Assembly (NCBI GenBank): GCA_964035545.1 | Contig: OZ037770.1 | Coordinates: forward strand, 7,508,973-7,572,972 | Length of the DNA stretch: 64,000 bases | Source: Bugula neritina | Lineage: Eukaryota > Animalia > Bryozoa | Direction: 5' to 3' | In this document: positions 25,101 to 36,798 of the stretch, in pieces | Layout of the letters: each line of letters opens with the position of its first letter | How positions within the stretch are numbered: position 1 is the stretch's first letter | Notes under the pieces: model-generated | The model's input: only the letters and a program-made list of their open reading frames with translations | Told to the model about the DNA's origin: nothing | Database searches by the model: none | Position numbers and translations under genes: made by a program

Positions 25101-26797
25101 ACACACACTAGGTACTCCTTAAGGAATATACCCACACTAGGTACTCCTTAAGGAATATACTCACACTAGGTACCACTTAAGGAATATACACACACTAGGT
25201 GTTCCTTAAGGAATATACACACACTAGGTACTCCTTAAGGAATATACACACACTGGGTACTCCTTAAGGAATATACCCACACTAGGTACCACTTGAGGAA
25301 TATACTCACACTAGGTACTCCTTAAGGAATATACTCACACTAGGTACTCCTTAAGGAATATACCCACACTAGGTACTCCTTAAGGAATATACTCACACTA
25401 GGTACCACTTAAGGAATATACACACACTAGGTGTTCCTTAAGGAATATACACACACTAGGTACTCCTTAAGGAATATACTCACACTAGGTACTCCTTAAG
25501 GAATATACTCACATTAGGTACCACTTAAGGAATATACACGCACTAGGTGCTTCTTAAGGAATATACACACATTTTTGCACTTCGCACTTCTTTCAATTCT
25601 AACTGCAGTTTAAGAATCAAGTTGAATCTATGTTTCAAGTAAAATGCCCATCACTGGGTGAACTTTAAGAGTGACTTGAAAAGTAACTTAAAATATAATG
25701 ACTTGAATTGGGTGACTTAAAGGTTGATTTTATAACCAAACTACATATTTGTAAGCTTTTCAGGAACAGTTTCGTTTTCTCTGTGGCCTTAATGTAGACT
25801 GGTTACTGGCCCACCAGCTTTTCTCTGTATATATAACATAAAACATTTATTTGCTTCAGCAGCTTTTCTATGATGTAGCTGTCCCTATTCATGTAGTAAG
25901 CACTTCTGTGTGCCTGCAAGTTGTTGTATTTTTTTTAAATTTCTCTGCTGCCAAGTAACTTTCGTTTAATTCACATGATTGTTGTGTTTATTTCTAGTAG
26001 GACACTACAAGGCAGTTTCTAACTGGTGCTCAAGAAATCTCTAATTAAACTAAAAGTGTATTTATGCTTATACAGCATGACTTCCAGTTTGAGTCATTAC
26101 TATTTTAGTTTAATGTAATGCATAAATGACATAGCAGAATAAACACATATTATGTAAGTATTAATATTTAGGAATAAGAAATCAGAAACATCTCGACGAT
26201 TCTCTGCAGAAAACAGAACTCGTCTGTCGCATTCGGATATGCTAACAGTGGATGAAATTGAAGTGAGAAATGACCATGGCATAGCGACAGAGCATTCAGG
26301 TGAGTATAGAATAGGCTAATGTACAATGTATACTCTGTGGAATACTCCCTTGGAAAACTTTATGCTTAGGCTTACTGCTGCTGCTTGTATATCAGTATAG
26401 AGTATTTCTATACATGCTTAAAATATATGCTAGTTTATATAGTAATGCTAGATGCTTATATATTACTATACTAATATACGTATCTAGTTAGCCTAGGTGC
26501 TTACAATTTCACAATACTAAATTATTATATATTAGCATATACAGAAATCTTAGATGCTTACATAATGATGTAATGCACATAGTACCTACTGTTTATAATA
26601 TATGCCTATATGCTTCTATATTAGCAATCATAGCATACATGTTTATGATTTACATACGATTTACTGCCTATTGTCTCATAGTTGTAGCTACAATCTCCCC
26701 CACCAACGTACACCGTGAAACCACTGTTATATTTGACAATGGAGCTACCAACATGCAAGAACCAATCACCTCACAGAATCTACAAGCTCTCACATGA
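19135..26797 (+). CDS. Uncharacterised type I membrane protein (334 aa, 8 exons): signal peptide, beta-rich ectodomain, P/S/T stalk, TM, short tail
   Basis: Exons 19135-19195, 21042-21145, 22223-22378, 22981-23191, 24064-24188, 24701-24804, 26172-26299, 26682-26797; GT-AG, phases consistent, 1005 nt. Signal MQLLISFSCLVFLYLPVSS; ectodomain motif VQVWR...YKL...AGDYVG; TM WWVVIGAATVIVILCVALVLVAAC followed by KWRNKK. Confidence 0.8.
23353..23616. repeat. 24-bp minisatellite
   Basis: AGTGTAAGCATATACATGTATTAA x ~11 in gene 2 intron 4. Confidence 0.95.
23810..23907. repeat. 30-bp tandem repeat (~3 copies)
   Basis: ATTCCTCCACTATATTATACTATACAGNGN units. Confidence 0.85.
24906..25570. repeat. 29-bp minisatellite with palindromic core
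   Basis: TAGGTACTCCTTAAGGAATATACACACAC x ~23, core palindrome TCCTTAAGGA. Lies in gene 2 intron 6. Confidence 0.95.
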
Positions 26798-28421
26798 TCT
26801 GTTATCAGCACGAATTTATGACGTTTTTCAAGACTGCAGCTCAGTCTATCGTGTGTTTTTATTATATTGATTCATCATCTGGTCAAACTACTACGTTGCA
26901 GCTCTATTCAGTTCACTTGTAGAGACAAAATGTTCATTGGGATATTAAAAGGGCTGATAATTTGACTCTAGTAAAGTCAAAATGTCAAGAGCTAGATTTC
27001 GATGCATATACAAACACTTCCCTAATTTCCAGTCAGTTTGCTAAATTCTATTCTGAAAATGGATTAAAATATGCTGGTCTCACATCTACTACAAAGTTCT
27101 GTCTCTATTTAGTGACCAGATGTTATAATTACTAAAAAATTGCATTCAGTAAAGCTATCAGCCTTTCTTTCTCAAGTCTAGATTTAAGGCAAGTGATTTT
27201 TTGCACCTCTCTAGTGTGAAGTTTCATATTTCAACTTTCTACACATTTATGAACCTATTTATAAACCTACCTCCAAATGCAAATTGAAAGTTTTTCAAAG
27301 TTTCAGTTATTCTTTATATACTATGATTTTAGTTAGGTGTAATGGTTAATATTATTACCAAAAGAATAAGTTTTTATTATAAACTTTTTGTAGTGTTATT
27401 TAAAAAAATAAACAAGCCTTATGGGCAGGTGTCATAAAGTGAAGCAGTGTCACAGACTCTGCTTGCTTCATAAGAAGCAACACAGTAGTACAAGCCCCAT
27501 GGATCATCAAGTACGACAAAACTAGGACACGAAAATACCAACAGGCATTTGGTGTGCAATGCAGATAAAAGTCTACTTGCAGATATATGCAATAACATAG
27601 GATGTATTGGAGATGTAGTCAGAAATAAGCTATGATAAGCAACTGCTGCCTAGCATTCGTCATAAATGTATTTAACAATTCAGCTATCAGTCAAATGTTT
27701 GATTCAAATTATCAATAATTACCGACATATAACTTGATAGTTCTATTTAATATGAATAGATTATGGTGCTGCTAAAGAAAAGAGAATTTATAGCAAGTAT
27801 TTTATCATGTCTATTTGAGAAACAAGCCCCTTAAAAGCATCTGAAACTACCTATTTGTCACTTGAATTAAACCAAAAATATAAAATAAGCATGAATTTCT
27901 AAAATATAGCAACAAATGTATTGCTGAGAAAAACAAGATCTATAAACTTGTACAATTAGTTAAAGAAGCCTGAGACATAGAAAAATTAGAAGTATAATAT
28001 AATTAATCAACAAATAGTAATTAAAGTAGAAGCCTGGCATTGATGAGTGGCCTTCCATGCTTGACTATATTTCAAGAGTTATCTTCCCTACATGACTGTT
28101 GTCGTGCAATAGGCTATGGCAAAAAAGAAAATGATCACAAAAACTTCTCAAGTCAGATGTTTGCATTTGATTGTTTTTATGAAACGTTCAATATCTAAAT
28201 CAATTGCCATTTGGCTATTTCATGAGGCATGCTGGAAGACAACTGCTACTATGCTAAGCATAGAGAGTCACAGTATAGATGTGTTATTTAGTAAAAGGGT
28301 ACTGATAAAGTACTGCGTACATCGCAAAAAACTGTCCATAAAATAAGCAAACCCTGAGGTGAAGGCACACCCCCTATGTAGCACCAAATTAAGGTGTAAA
28401 TTTCCTAACATAATTAAATGT

Positions 28422-31400
28422 TTATAGATTTTGCCCATGTCTTTGGATGGTGGATATAACATGCTGCATATCTTCTCTCGTTGTCATTGGACTCGCAACA
28501 ATCATTCTGAAAAAGTTTACAAACTGCCCTTGGGGCTGGTAGCCAATCATCATACTGCCAGTGACCTGCATTTGACCTTTGATTGCTGGAGCAACCTATC
28601 AACATAATTTTGATTATTTGTATATTAGTACAACACTAGCTATTAGTACTGCTGCTGCTGCTACTGCTACTACTGTTACTACTGCTACTATTACTACTGC
28701 TACTGCTGCTACTACTACTACTAATGCTACTACTACTACTGCTACTGCTACTGCTGCTACTGTTATTACTACTGCTACTGCTACTACTACTACTACTACT
28801 GCTACTACTGCTGCTGCTACTGCTACTACTACTGCTACTACTACTACTACTGCTACTACTACTACTACTGCTACTACTACTGCTACTACTACTACTACTA
28901 CTACTACTACTGCTGCTGATACTGCTGCTGCTGCTGCTACTAATACTGTTGAAATAGAATAGCCATAATATTAATACACGTCTTACTTTAGAAAGTTTGT
29001 TCCACCAATCAGCATCCTCCACTTGTCCTCTCATGCTTGGTGGAATGTACCAGAAGCAAGTGTTTGTACATTCCTGCTTTTCAAACAAAAGTCTAAATCC
29101 TGGAGTTTCTGTCAGAAGTTGTCTCAAGTAAAGAGCATTGTCAAAGCATGACTCGATTCTTTCAGCCATTCCCGAGCTGCCGTAGGCTTTCCAAAGTAGC
29201 TATTGATGGAATAGAGGGCAGATATGTAACGTAATGTGGGTACATGCGTGTGTGTTACCTGCATGCACACATGTACATGAGCATATCTGCATAGGTACAC
29301 TACAAACATGCATATACAAACATTATAACAAAGCGGGCGATGATAGAATATTTAACAATATTCAAGTAAGCCTAGGGCTACACTGTGCGTATTTTCGCAT
29401 GCGAACCTTTAAACCTCAAGTAGAAAAGGTGTCCACTGTAGCGTCAGTGAAATCGAAAAACTACTAGCTAATAATATTTGTATTAAACTTCACTGCTCGC
29501 CTTGTTGCTATAGCTACACTTGCGGGATAAATTAAGTTTTCATTTTTAAATCCCACTCGGTTTCAATAAAACGCAATTTATTGAAATGTAGCATTAAATT
29601 AAGAAAGGTGGGCTCACTAAATAACTACCAGCCAATTAGGTGACGACGACAGAGACGATTCACACCTGCGTTCAGAATGCTGAGCGACAAGTGCGAATAT
29701 TTTCTCAACGCATACAGTGGACACCTTTTCTACTTGCGGTTTAAATGTTCGCATGCGAAAATACGCACAGTGTGGCCCTAGGTTAAGTATTGGTGCTATA
29801 CAACTAGGGAGAGACAACTCTTATGACTAGCTTAGCTTAAAACTATAACTAGACACAGAGGAGACAATTCCAAAGTACTCCAAAAACCTATCACCAGAGT
29901 TTCTAGAAGATTACACTATAGTTTCAGCTTTAGAATTGAGACATTCTTAATAACTGAAGTGATAAAGATTTCCAGTTTATAAAAACTTCTGGTATTTCCT
30001 CGAACGCCTCCTATAAAAATACTTCTTAAATAAATGCTTTATAAAGTATTAAAAAATAGAATGCACACGGACCTATCTAATTATAATGTTATATTTCAGC
30101 AAATTTCTACACCCTTCATTTCCTGTATTAATAATCGATGGTTGATTGAGAAATAGCTACAAGCCCTCCATATTCAATCTACTAATCGGAATATTTTAGT
30201 ATCATTACCCATAATTTGAAAGCATCGATTTTCCTGCCACATTGTACAGATTTGTCTCCCGTGTCATAAGAACAATCATAGACTTTATCTTGCTGAAAGA
30301 GATATCTAGCACCAGCTGTGTGTGCCTCAGCAAGCAAGTTTTTCTACAGATTAAACAATAAAACTTTATGACTAAAAGCTGAGCTAAGCTCCCTCTACCA
30401 ACATTAGAACACTGTGTATGCTATCAGGTCCAAGTAAAATTCTGGTGTGAAATTCTCCAAGTGTTATGTCGGTATCAACCGTTATATACTGCAATAGAAT
30501 CCTCTAACAATTAATGTTTAAAATCAAATTTCCAAATGTATGAATAAAATGGCTGACTTAGTTCAGCAAAAGAGTCCATTAGTCTATGTAGCCTGAGTAA
30601 GCAATGAAACATACGTGTTTAGTGATGAGGACAGCACATTGCAGTATAGCACCAGCCATCTTATGAGGATCCCAAGCTATAGAGTCTGCTCTTTCTATTC
30701 CTTTCATTTTATGTCTGCAAAATATAGAGAGATAGACCTTACTATGCAGGTAGAGAAACCAAACCAGGAGCTGCAGGAGTTAGCTTCTACCGTATCTCAA
30801 CACTGAAGACAGGAAGTCTCATATCATATGAGTAATTACTGTGATTCAATAAACACTTTATAGCTATATTGAAACAATGAGTAAACATCACCACTTAGAC
30901 AAATCACTCGTTGGCTTTCATTATTGCAAAAGTAAGCAACAAGGTAGCAGTAGAGTAGAAAAATATGCTTGAAAGTACTTTTAACTCAATATTAGGGTTT
31001 AGTATAGTTGATTTGAATTAAAAGTTATTAGATATTTCGTCCTTCAGATAATGATTTTGCTAAAGAAGTTAATATTTAACCACAGATCTCGGGACTTGCA
31101 TTTTTGCTTAGGCTGCCTTTACCAGAGCTAAACTGTTCCATAATTATATTTACTAAAGTATGGAGGCAATAATACTTGTGCAAAAATTAGAAATATGCAA
31201 AAAATTGAAAACTAGTCAGCATACACTCACCTGCGTTTAGAAGAGAAACTACTTACCTGAGTTTAGAAGAGAAACTACTTACCTGAGTTTAGAAGAGAAA
31301 CTACTTACCTGAGTATAGAAGAGAAACTACTTACTTGAGTTTAGAAGAGAAACTACTTACCTGAGTATAGGAGAGAAACTACTTACCTGAGTTTAGGAGA

Positions 31401-34400
31401 AAGCAGAGCTGCTCCTCCCCAGCAAGCGTCAACATGCAACCAGATATTCCCCTGTCTCTCACACACCTCAGCAATCTCATCCAGGGGGTCGTACGCTCCC
31501 ATTACTGTAGTGCCGGATGTTCCGTTCACCATGAGGGGTGTGAAACCCTATACCCATAACCCATATCATATATACAGTAGACTTGTCTGATTTATAGCAT
31601 GCCACAAGCTACTATAAGACTTGTAAAATAATCACTTTACAACTTCATTTCTAGTAAATTATGTCAGCTTTGAACCTATTCAAAGCCACCTTAGGGATAC
31701 CATTGCGTGTTATTGTTACCACCAAACAGTGTTGGATAGAAAACATGAATATTCTATTACCAGAGAAATGAGACAATAGAAATAATTTGCACCTTTTTCT
31801 TGGACTCTTCTATTGCTGCATCTAAAGCTTCCGGAATCATCCTTCCATGCTTATCGCTTTTGACTAGAACCACATTGGACAGACCGAATCCCATAAAAAA
31901 TGCACCTTTCTTCACTGAATAGTGACTCTAAATAAAACGGCTCACTTCAAAATCATATTTCTGTAGGCATATTCTTCAAATACTTTTAAACTTAGAACAA
32001 GTCTAATTAAGCATGATTTAACTTCTCTACCTAAGGATACACCTGGCTAAGTTAAGATTGTAAACTAGCAGTAATAACAATTTCACAGATAACGTTCATC
32101 CAGTCAGGTTTGTTGAAAAAATTGCTTTTTTGCGACATAAGTGAACAAAAAAGTAAAGAGAGATAACTCCCATTTTCCATTTTCTTTACAGTGCTAAGTT
32201 CTGAACTCAACATAATGCGGATTAAAACAAACACTGAGTCTATTGGATCATTTTCAGAGTGTGGGAATCACTAGAAAATTGAATTAAAAAATCAGTGTTT
32301 TTAACTTGTTCTAACAATTCTATATGCAACTGACTATTTCAAAGTATGTTTCATTCCATTTCCATGTTCAAACAATTGATAGTAACTAATAGAATTAGCT
32401 GGAGTAGTTCAACAAAAACTTACCAAGTCAGAAGTGTATATATGTATGGGTGGGAGTCCTATCATCCCCAACTCTTTACTCTCTGGGTACTTATGATGCC
32501 GGGCTAAGCTCATGCCATACATATTGGCCACGGACCCACCAGGACAGAATATACCATCCTCTTCGCCCTTCAGTTTACCAAATTAGAGAACTTGAGTGCT
32601 AAATTATTACTATTTCGTCATAGCAACTGTCCGAGACTCAGAGAACGCAACACACTGGGTATTTTACATACTCACTACTGGATACACTCACTACTTGATA
32701 CACTCACTACTTGATACACTCACTACTTGATATACTCACTACTTGATACACTCACTACTGGATATACTCACTACTTGATACACTCACTACTGGATATACT
32801 CACTACTTGATACACTCACTACTTGATACACTCACTACTTGATACACTCACTACTTGATATACTCACTACTGGATACACTCACTACTTGATACACTCACT
32901 ACTTGATATACTCACTACTTGATATACTCACTACTGGATACACTCACTACTGGATACACTCACTACTTGATATACTCACTACTTGATACACTCACTACTT
33001 GATATACTCACTACTTGATATACTCACTACTTGATATACTCACTACTTGATATACTCACTACTTGATATACTCACTACTTGATACACTCACTACTTGATA
33101 TACTCACTACTGGATACACTCACTACTTGATACACTCACTACTTGATATACTCACTACTTGATATACTCACTACTGGATACACTCACTACTGGATACACT
33201 CACTACTTGATATACTCACTACTTGATACACTCACTACTTGATATACTCACTACTTGATATACTCACTACTTGATATACTCGGTACTTGATACACTCACT
33301 ACTGGATATACTCACTACTTGATACACTCGGTACTTGATACGGACAAACTGCAGTACCAAAGAGCGCCTACCTTCTGGTAACCAATATACTCTGTAGAGA
33401 ACTTCTCTATGATTTCCTGTTCAATGAGAGTGATGACAGGTCCCAGCTCGTATGTATACCTGCAACATGTATTATATATTGTGTCTTACATTACATCTTG
33501 TCTAAAGAGACAGTAGTATACAGTATATACTATATAGTACACAGTATATAGTACAGAGTATGTAGTATACAGTATATAGTACACAGTGTATAGTATATAG
33601 TACAGAGTATATAGTGTATAGTATATAGCACAGAGTATGTAGTATATTATTATATAGTATATAGTACATCTGGTACACAGTTTACTAATATGGCACGTGA
33701 CACATATACACGGCTTACAACTTGCAACTTACGCTGAACTGTTAAGAGCCTCATTGATGATAGATCCACTCAGAGAAAACGCATCAACTCCATTAAACAG
33801 CTGATTAAAAAAGTAAGGGTGGCCTGAAAAGATAAAGGAAAAATACAGTACTTTTGATGAGTCAACTTTACAGTTGTATACCAACATTATGCAACATAAA
33901 CTGCGCTAAACCTGTAGTATTTCACAAAGCACGACAGTAACACACACCTGTCTTTACAGAATAGTGAATAACTTGCTCAGCTAAACTCTCCAGAACTCTA
34001 TTATCTACTGGATCCTCGGGTAAACTGAAGTCAATTTTCTGGCGCAGCTCTTCCGGTTGAAGAAACTCTAAAACTTTCCTGTGAATGAGTTAAACAAACT
34101 TATTTCCTGTTATACATAAGAACAAATATTTGGCATTGAGCATAGACAATATACTGTAACACCTTGTAAACCTATCACTACTACTTAATCAATTTTAATA
34201 TAACACATTTTGCCATCTTGATCAACCAACACGTATTCTAGTATATATGCAGTTCTATAAGATTGCATTGCACTTTAGCTATAAATAGAATTGCAATGAG
34301 CATTTTACTCACATATCTCTATCAGAATATGTTTTGTAGATTTTAGAGAGAAGTCGAGGAAGTGATTCAGATAGAAATGCATCGCCTTGGTCTCTTCGAG

Positions 34401-34542
34401 TACGATGACTCATCTTTCTGGTTGACGAAAAAGTGAGGTAGTCAGTGTTTGTTATAAGAACAGATGGTGCAATAGTGTTGACACTTTTGCATATCCTTAT
34501 ATTCATAAACAGAATGTAGGACTTTGATAAAGCGGTGGCCAT
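28422..34542 (-). CDS. CSAD: Group II PLP-dependent acidic amino acid decarboxylase, cysteine sulfinic acid decarboxylase/GADL1-like (533 aa, 11 exons)
   Basis: Exons (minus) 34542-34313, 34078-33948, 33823-33733, 33459-33372, 32567-32424, 31927-31793, 31547-31387, 30714-30615, 30343-30209, 29199-28987, 28595-28422. Motifs [67 protein letters not shown] (PLP lysine), [24 protein letters not shown]. The F-X19-S-X-Y motif favours CSAD over GAD. Confidence 0.93.
28645..28948. repeat. (CTA/CTG)n trinucleotide microsatellite
   Basis: Mixed ACT/GCT triplets filling the last CSAD intron. Confidence 0.97.
29375..29778. mobile_element. MITE with ~70-bp TIRs (PIF/Harbinger-like GG termini)
   Basis: GGGCTACACTGTGCGTATTTTCGCATGCGAAC...GTCCACTGTA is mirrored by TACAGTGGAC...GTTCGCATGCGAAAATACGCACAGTGTGGCCC. 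Flanks read as a TA or CTAG duplication. CpG-rich relative to the host. Lies in CSAD intron 9. Confidence 0.9.
31225..31401 (-). repeat. 26-bp tandem repeat duplicating the CSAD exon-7 splice donor
   Basis: Sense unit TTTCTCTTCTAAACTCAG|GTAAGTAG. Donor hexamers (plus-strand ACTTAC/ACTCAC) at 31381, 31355, 31329, 31303, 31277, 31251, 31225. Confidence 0.93.
32668..33340. repeat. 16-bp minisatellite with a 240-bp higher-order duplication
   Basis: CTCACTACTTGATA(C/T)A x ~42. The block near 32821-33060 is repeated near 33061-33300. Confidence 0.95.
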
Positions 34543-35338
34543 CGAGCCGCTCCAACAATTTCTGCCAATCAGTTCAACTTCAACTTGAGTTCAGCTTTTA
34601 ATTAATATAAATTTGTTTTAAAAATCTTCAATCTCACATTATTTTAGTAGTTTTGAAAGCCATTAATAATCTATTTATTACATTATCATTTAAGATTGCA
34701 TTTCTCAAGAATATTATATATATACATACACATAGACATGACATTTAGCATTAAACTTCCAGATTTGAGTTACAATGATTTATTTTCATACATTCTGTAA
34801 TTCTGCCTAATAATCTTAAATTACCCTTCAACAGTTTTATGTTGAACTGATTCAAACTTGGTTGTTAATGACTCATTATATGAAGAGTAGACCAACATCC
34901 TGATTCTAGGATTGGTCCCATAACTGCATTTCAATCTATGCAGTTGGTGTTAGAGCTTGCAATAAAAACCAATCTATTAACCAACCCCACAACCTAGTTA
35001 CTTTTGCAGACAATAGCCATTGTGATTCTGTAGCAGTCAAATCATATGAATTACTTTAGAATATGGCTTGAATTTTCATAAACAGAGTAAAAGATAGAAT
35101 GGTCATTCCAATACGTTAGTATTCAACAGTATCTACAGTAATTCTATTACTATAATGTTTTCAAAAGAAACTGAACCTAAATTTTATAAATGTTCATTTG
35201 AAACATTGCTGCATTAACATTTCAAACCATGGCAAATATTTCATGCATTACTTTTCATATAAGAAAAATAGTTAAATGGCAGTCTAATATTTTTGTAACA
35301 CATTATGATTGTCTTTATATTATAAGTAGCCTAGTATG

Positions 35339-36798
35339 AAATGTGGCTTGAAGGCTCAGTAAACCAGCAGAGCAGACAGCCAGTTCCAAGCCTGAATAAA
35401 CCCAGAGGGTTAACATCAGGAAGAGTATCTGGAGACAACCAGAACAGAGACAGATAATACTAGGACATACGCAGCAGCACTTGTGCTTGACTGTGAAAAA
35501 AATGAAAGAAGAGGCAAACACAACTGAGATTGGTCTCCCTTAACATTGCAACCTTAACAGAGAAAATCAGAGATGTAGCAGATATGATGAAAGAAGGAAG
35601 ACACATATACTATGCTTGCAGGAAGCACGGTAGACTGCTGGCAAATTAGGATGAAAAGCAAGAACTATTGGAGATGATAACAATTTATACTATTGAAGAG
35701 ATGGAAGGCCAAGAGATGGAATTGCAATGTACCTTAGTGAATAGTGGCAGGATAGTGATAGCGACAGAACCAACGAAATTGGTAACACCTGAAAAAACAT
35801 ACAACACAGTGATAGCATATGCGCTTCAACATGGATGAGAGGAGGAAAAACAGCGATTTTGGAACAAACTGGAAGGAGTTACTACACGGCTCTACACACA
35901 GCTCAGAACTAATATCAGTGTTGTGTTTTAGGTTATAGATATAAATATTTATTGTCACAGACTAAAAGAAAATAGCAATGTGAAAAAAGTTTATATCATA
36001 AAGTATAAGTTGCAAGTTACAAGTGTGGATAAGTGAGAAATGCTGGGTTTTTACATTAGTCAAAAAGGTTAGCTACTGTGCAGTAGCTGTAATGAATGTG
36101 GAAAAAGCATAACATAGCTGAGATAAAATGTGAAAAGCTATCATGCATTAGGGAAAAGCTTTCCCAACTCATGTAAAGTCCCAACAATCAGCAGGTGATT
36201 TAAATGGACATGTAGGAACAGATAGATTAAAGGGCTCTGAAAGATGACATGGAGGAAAGTCAGCAGGTAGGAAGAATGATTACCAAGAGAAGATTCTACA
36301 TTATGCAAGAAGTAAAGATTGGTCCTGACTGTGATACTTCTGTTACCAAAAATAATAAGACCTATACATACAAAAGCAGCCTAAACCAGACAGTGATTGA
36401 TTACATCAATATAGATTTAGTGAATGTGAGATAAGAATGATGTCCTATTGTCTAGGAAGCAGTCGCGCGAAGTATAAAAACAACAAAAGCATAAAGCAAA
36501 AAGCAAATGTCATAAATGTGGAACACAATTATTGATGATGATAAATGGTAATAATGAATGATGCCGATAATAATATCAAAAGAGCACATAAGATGAGAGT
36601 CGAAGTCAAGCTAAATCGGGGATTTCCAACGCATAGATGGAAGCACACAATGAGGAAGGATCTCCAACATGTTTCCTCAATGAAGAGAATGCTCAGGACA
36701 GGGTTAAATAGAGAAACCTAATTGAGCTAATACTTTGCCTCCAGCAGCCACTCGCTACCCAAACAGGACAGAGCAAAGAAAATTGAAGATAGGTGAGG
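35339..36798 (+). mobile_element. Internally deleted RTE-clade LINE (5' region + APE endonuclease relic joined to ORF C-terminus/3' end; no RT)
   Basis: Degenerate endonuclease motifs ILCLQE, KARTIGD, GDLNGHVG (36194-), TYTYKSSLNQTVIDYI, and RTE-type C-terminal motifs HRWKHTMRKDL / NEENAQDRVK. Exact 17-bp TSD ATAAGTAGCCTAGTATG at 35322-35338 and 36799-36815. Confidence 0.85.
35919..36186 (-). mobile_element. Solo LTR (268 bp) nested in the RTE endonuclease relic
   Basis: TGTTG...CAACA termini, exact 5-bp TSD ATCAG (35914-35918, 36187-36191), AATAAA on the minus strand near 35948. Removing it rejoins the endonuclease just before GDLNGHVG. Confidence 0.75.

Noticed and set aside
28579-28962. 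Poly-Thr/Ala, poly-Leu and poly-Ser ORFs (mucin/antifreeze-like)
   Set aside because: Trinucleotide microsatellite inside the last CSAD intron.
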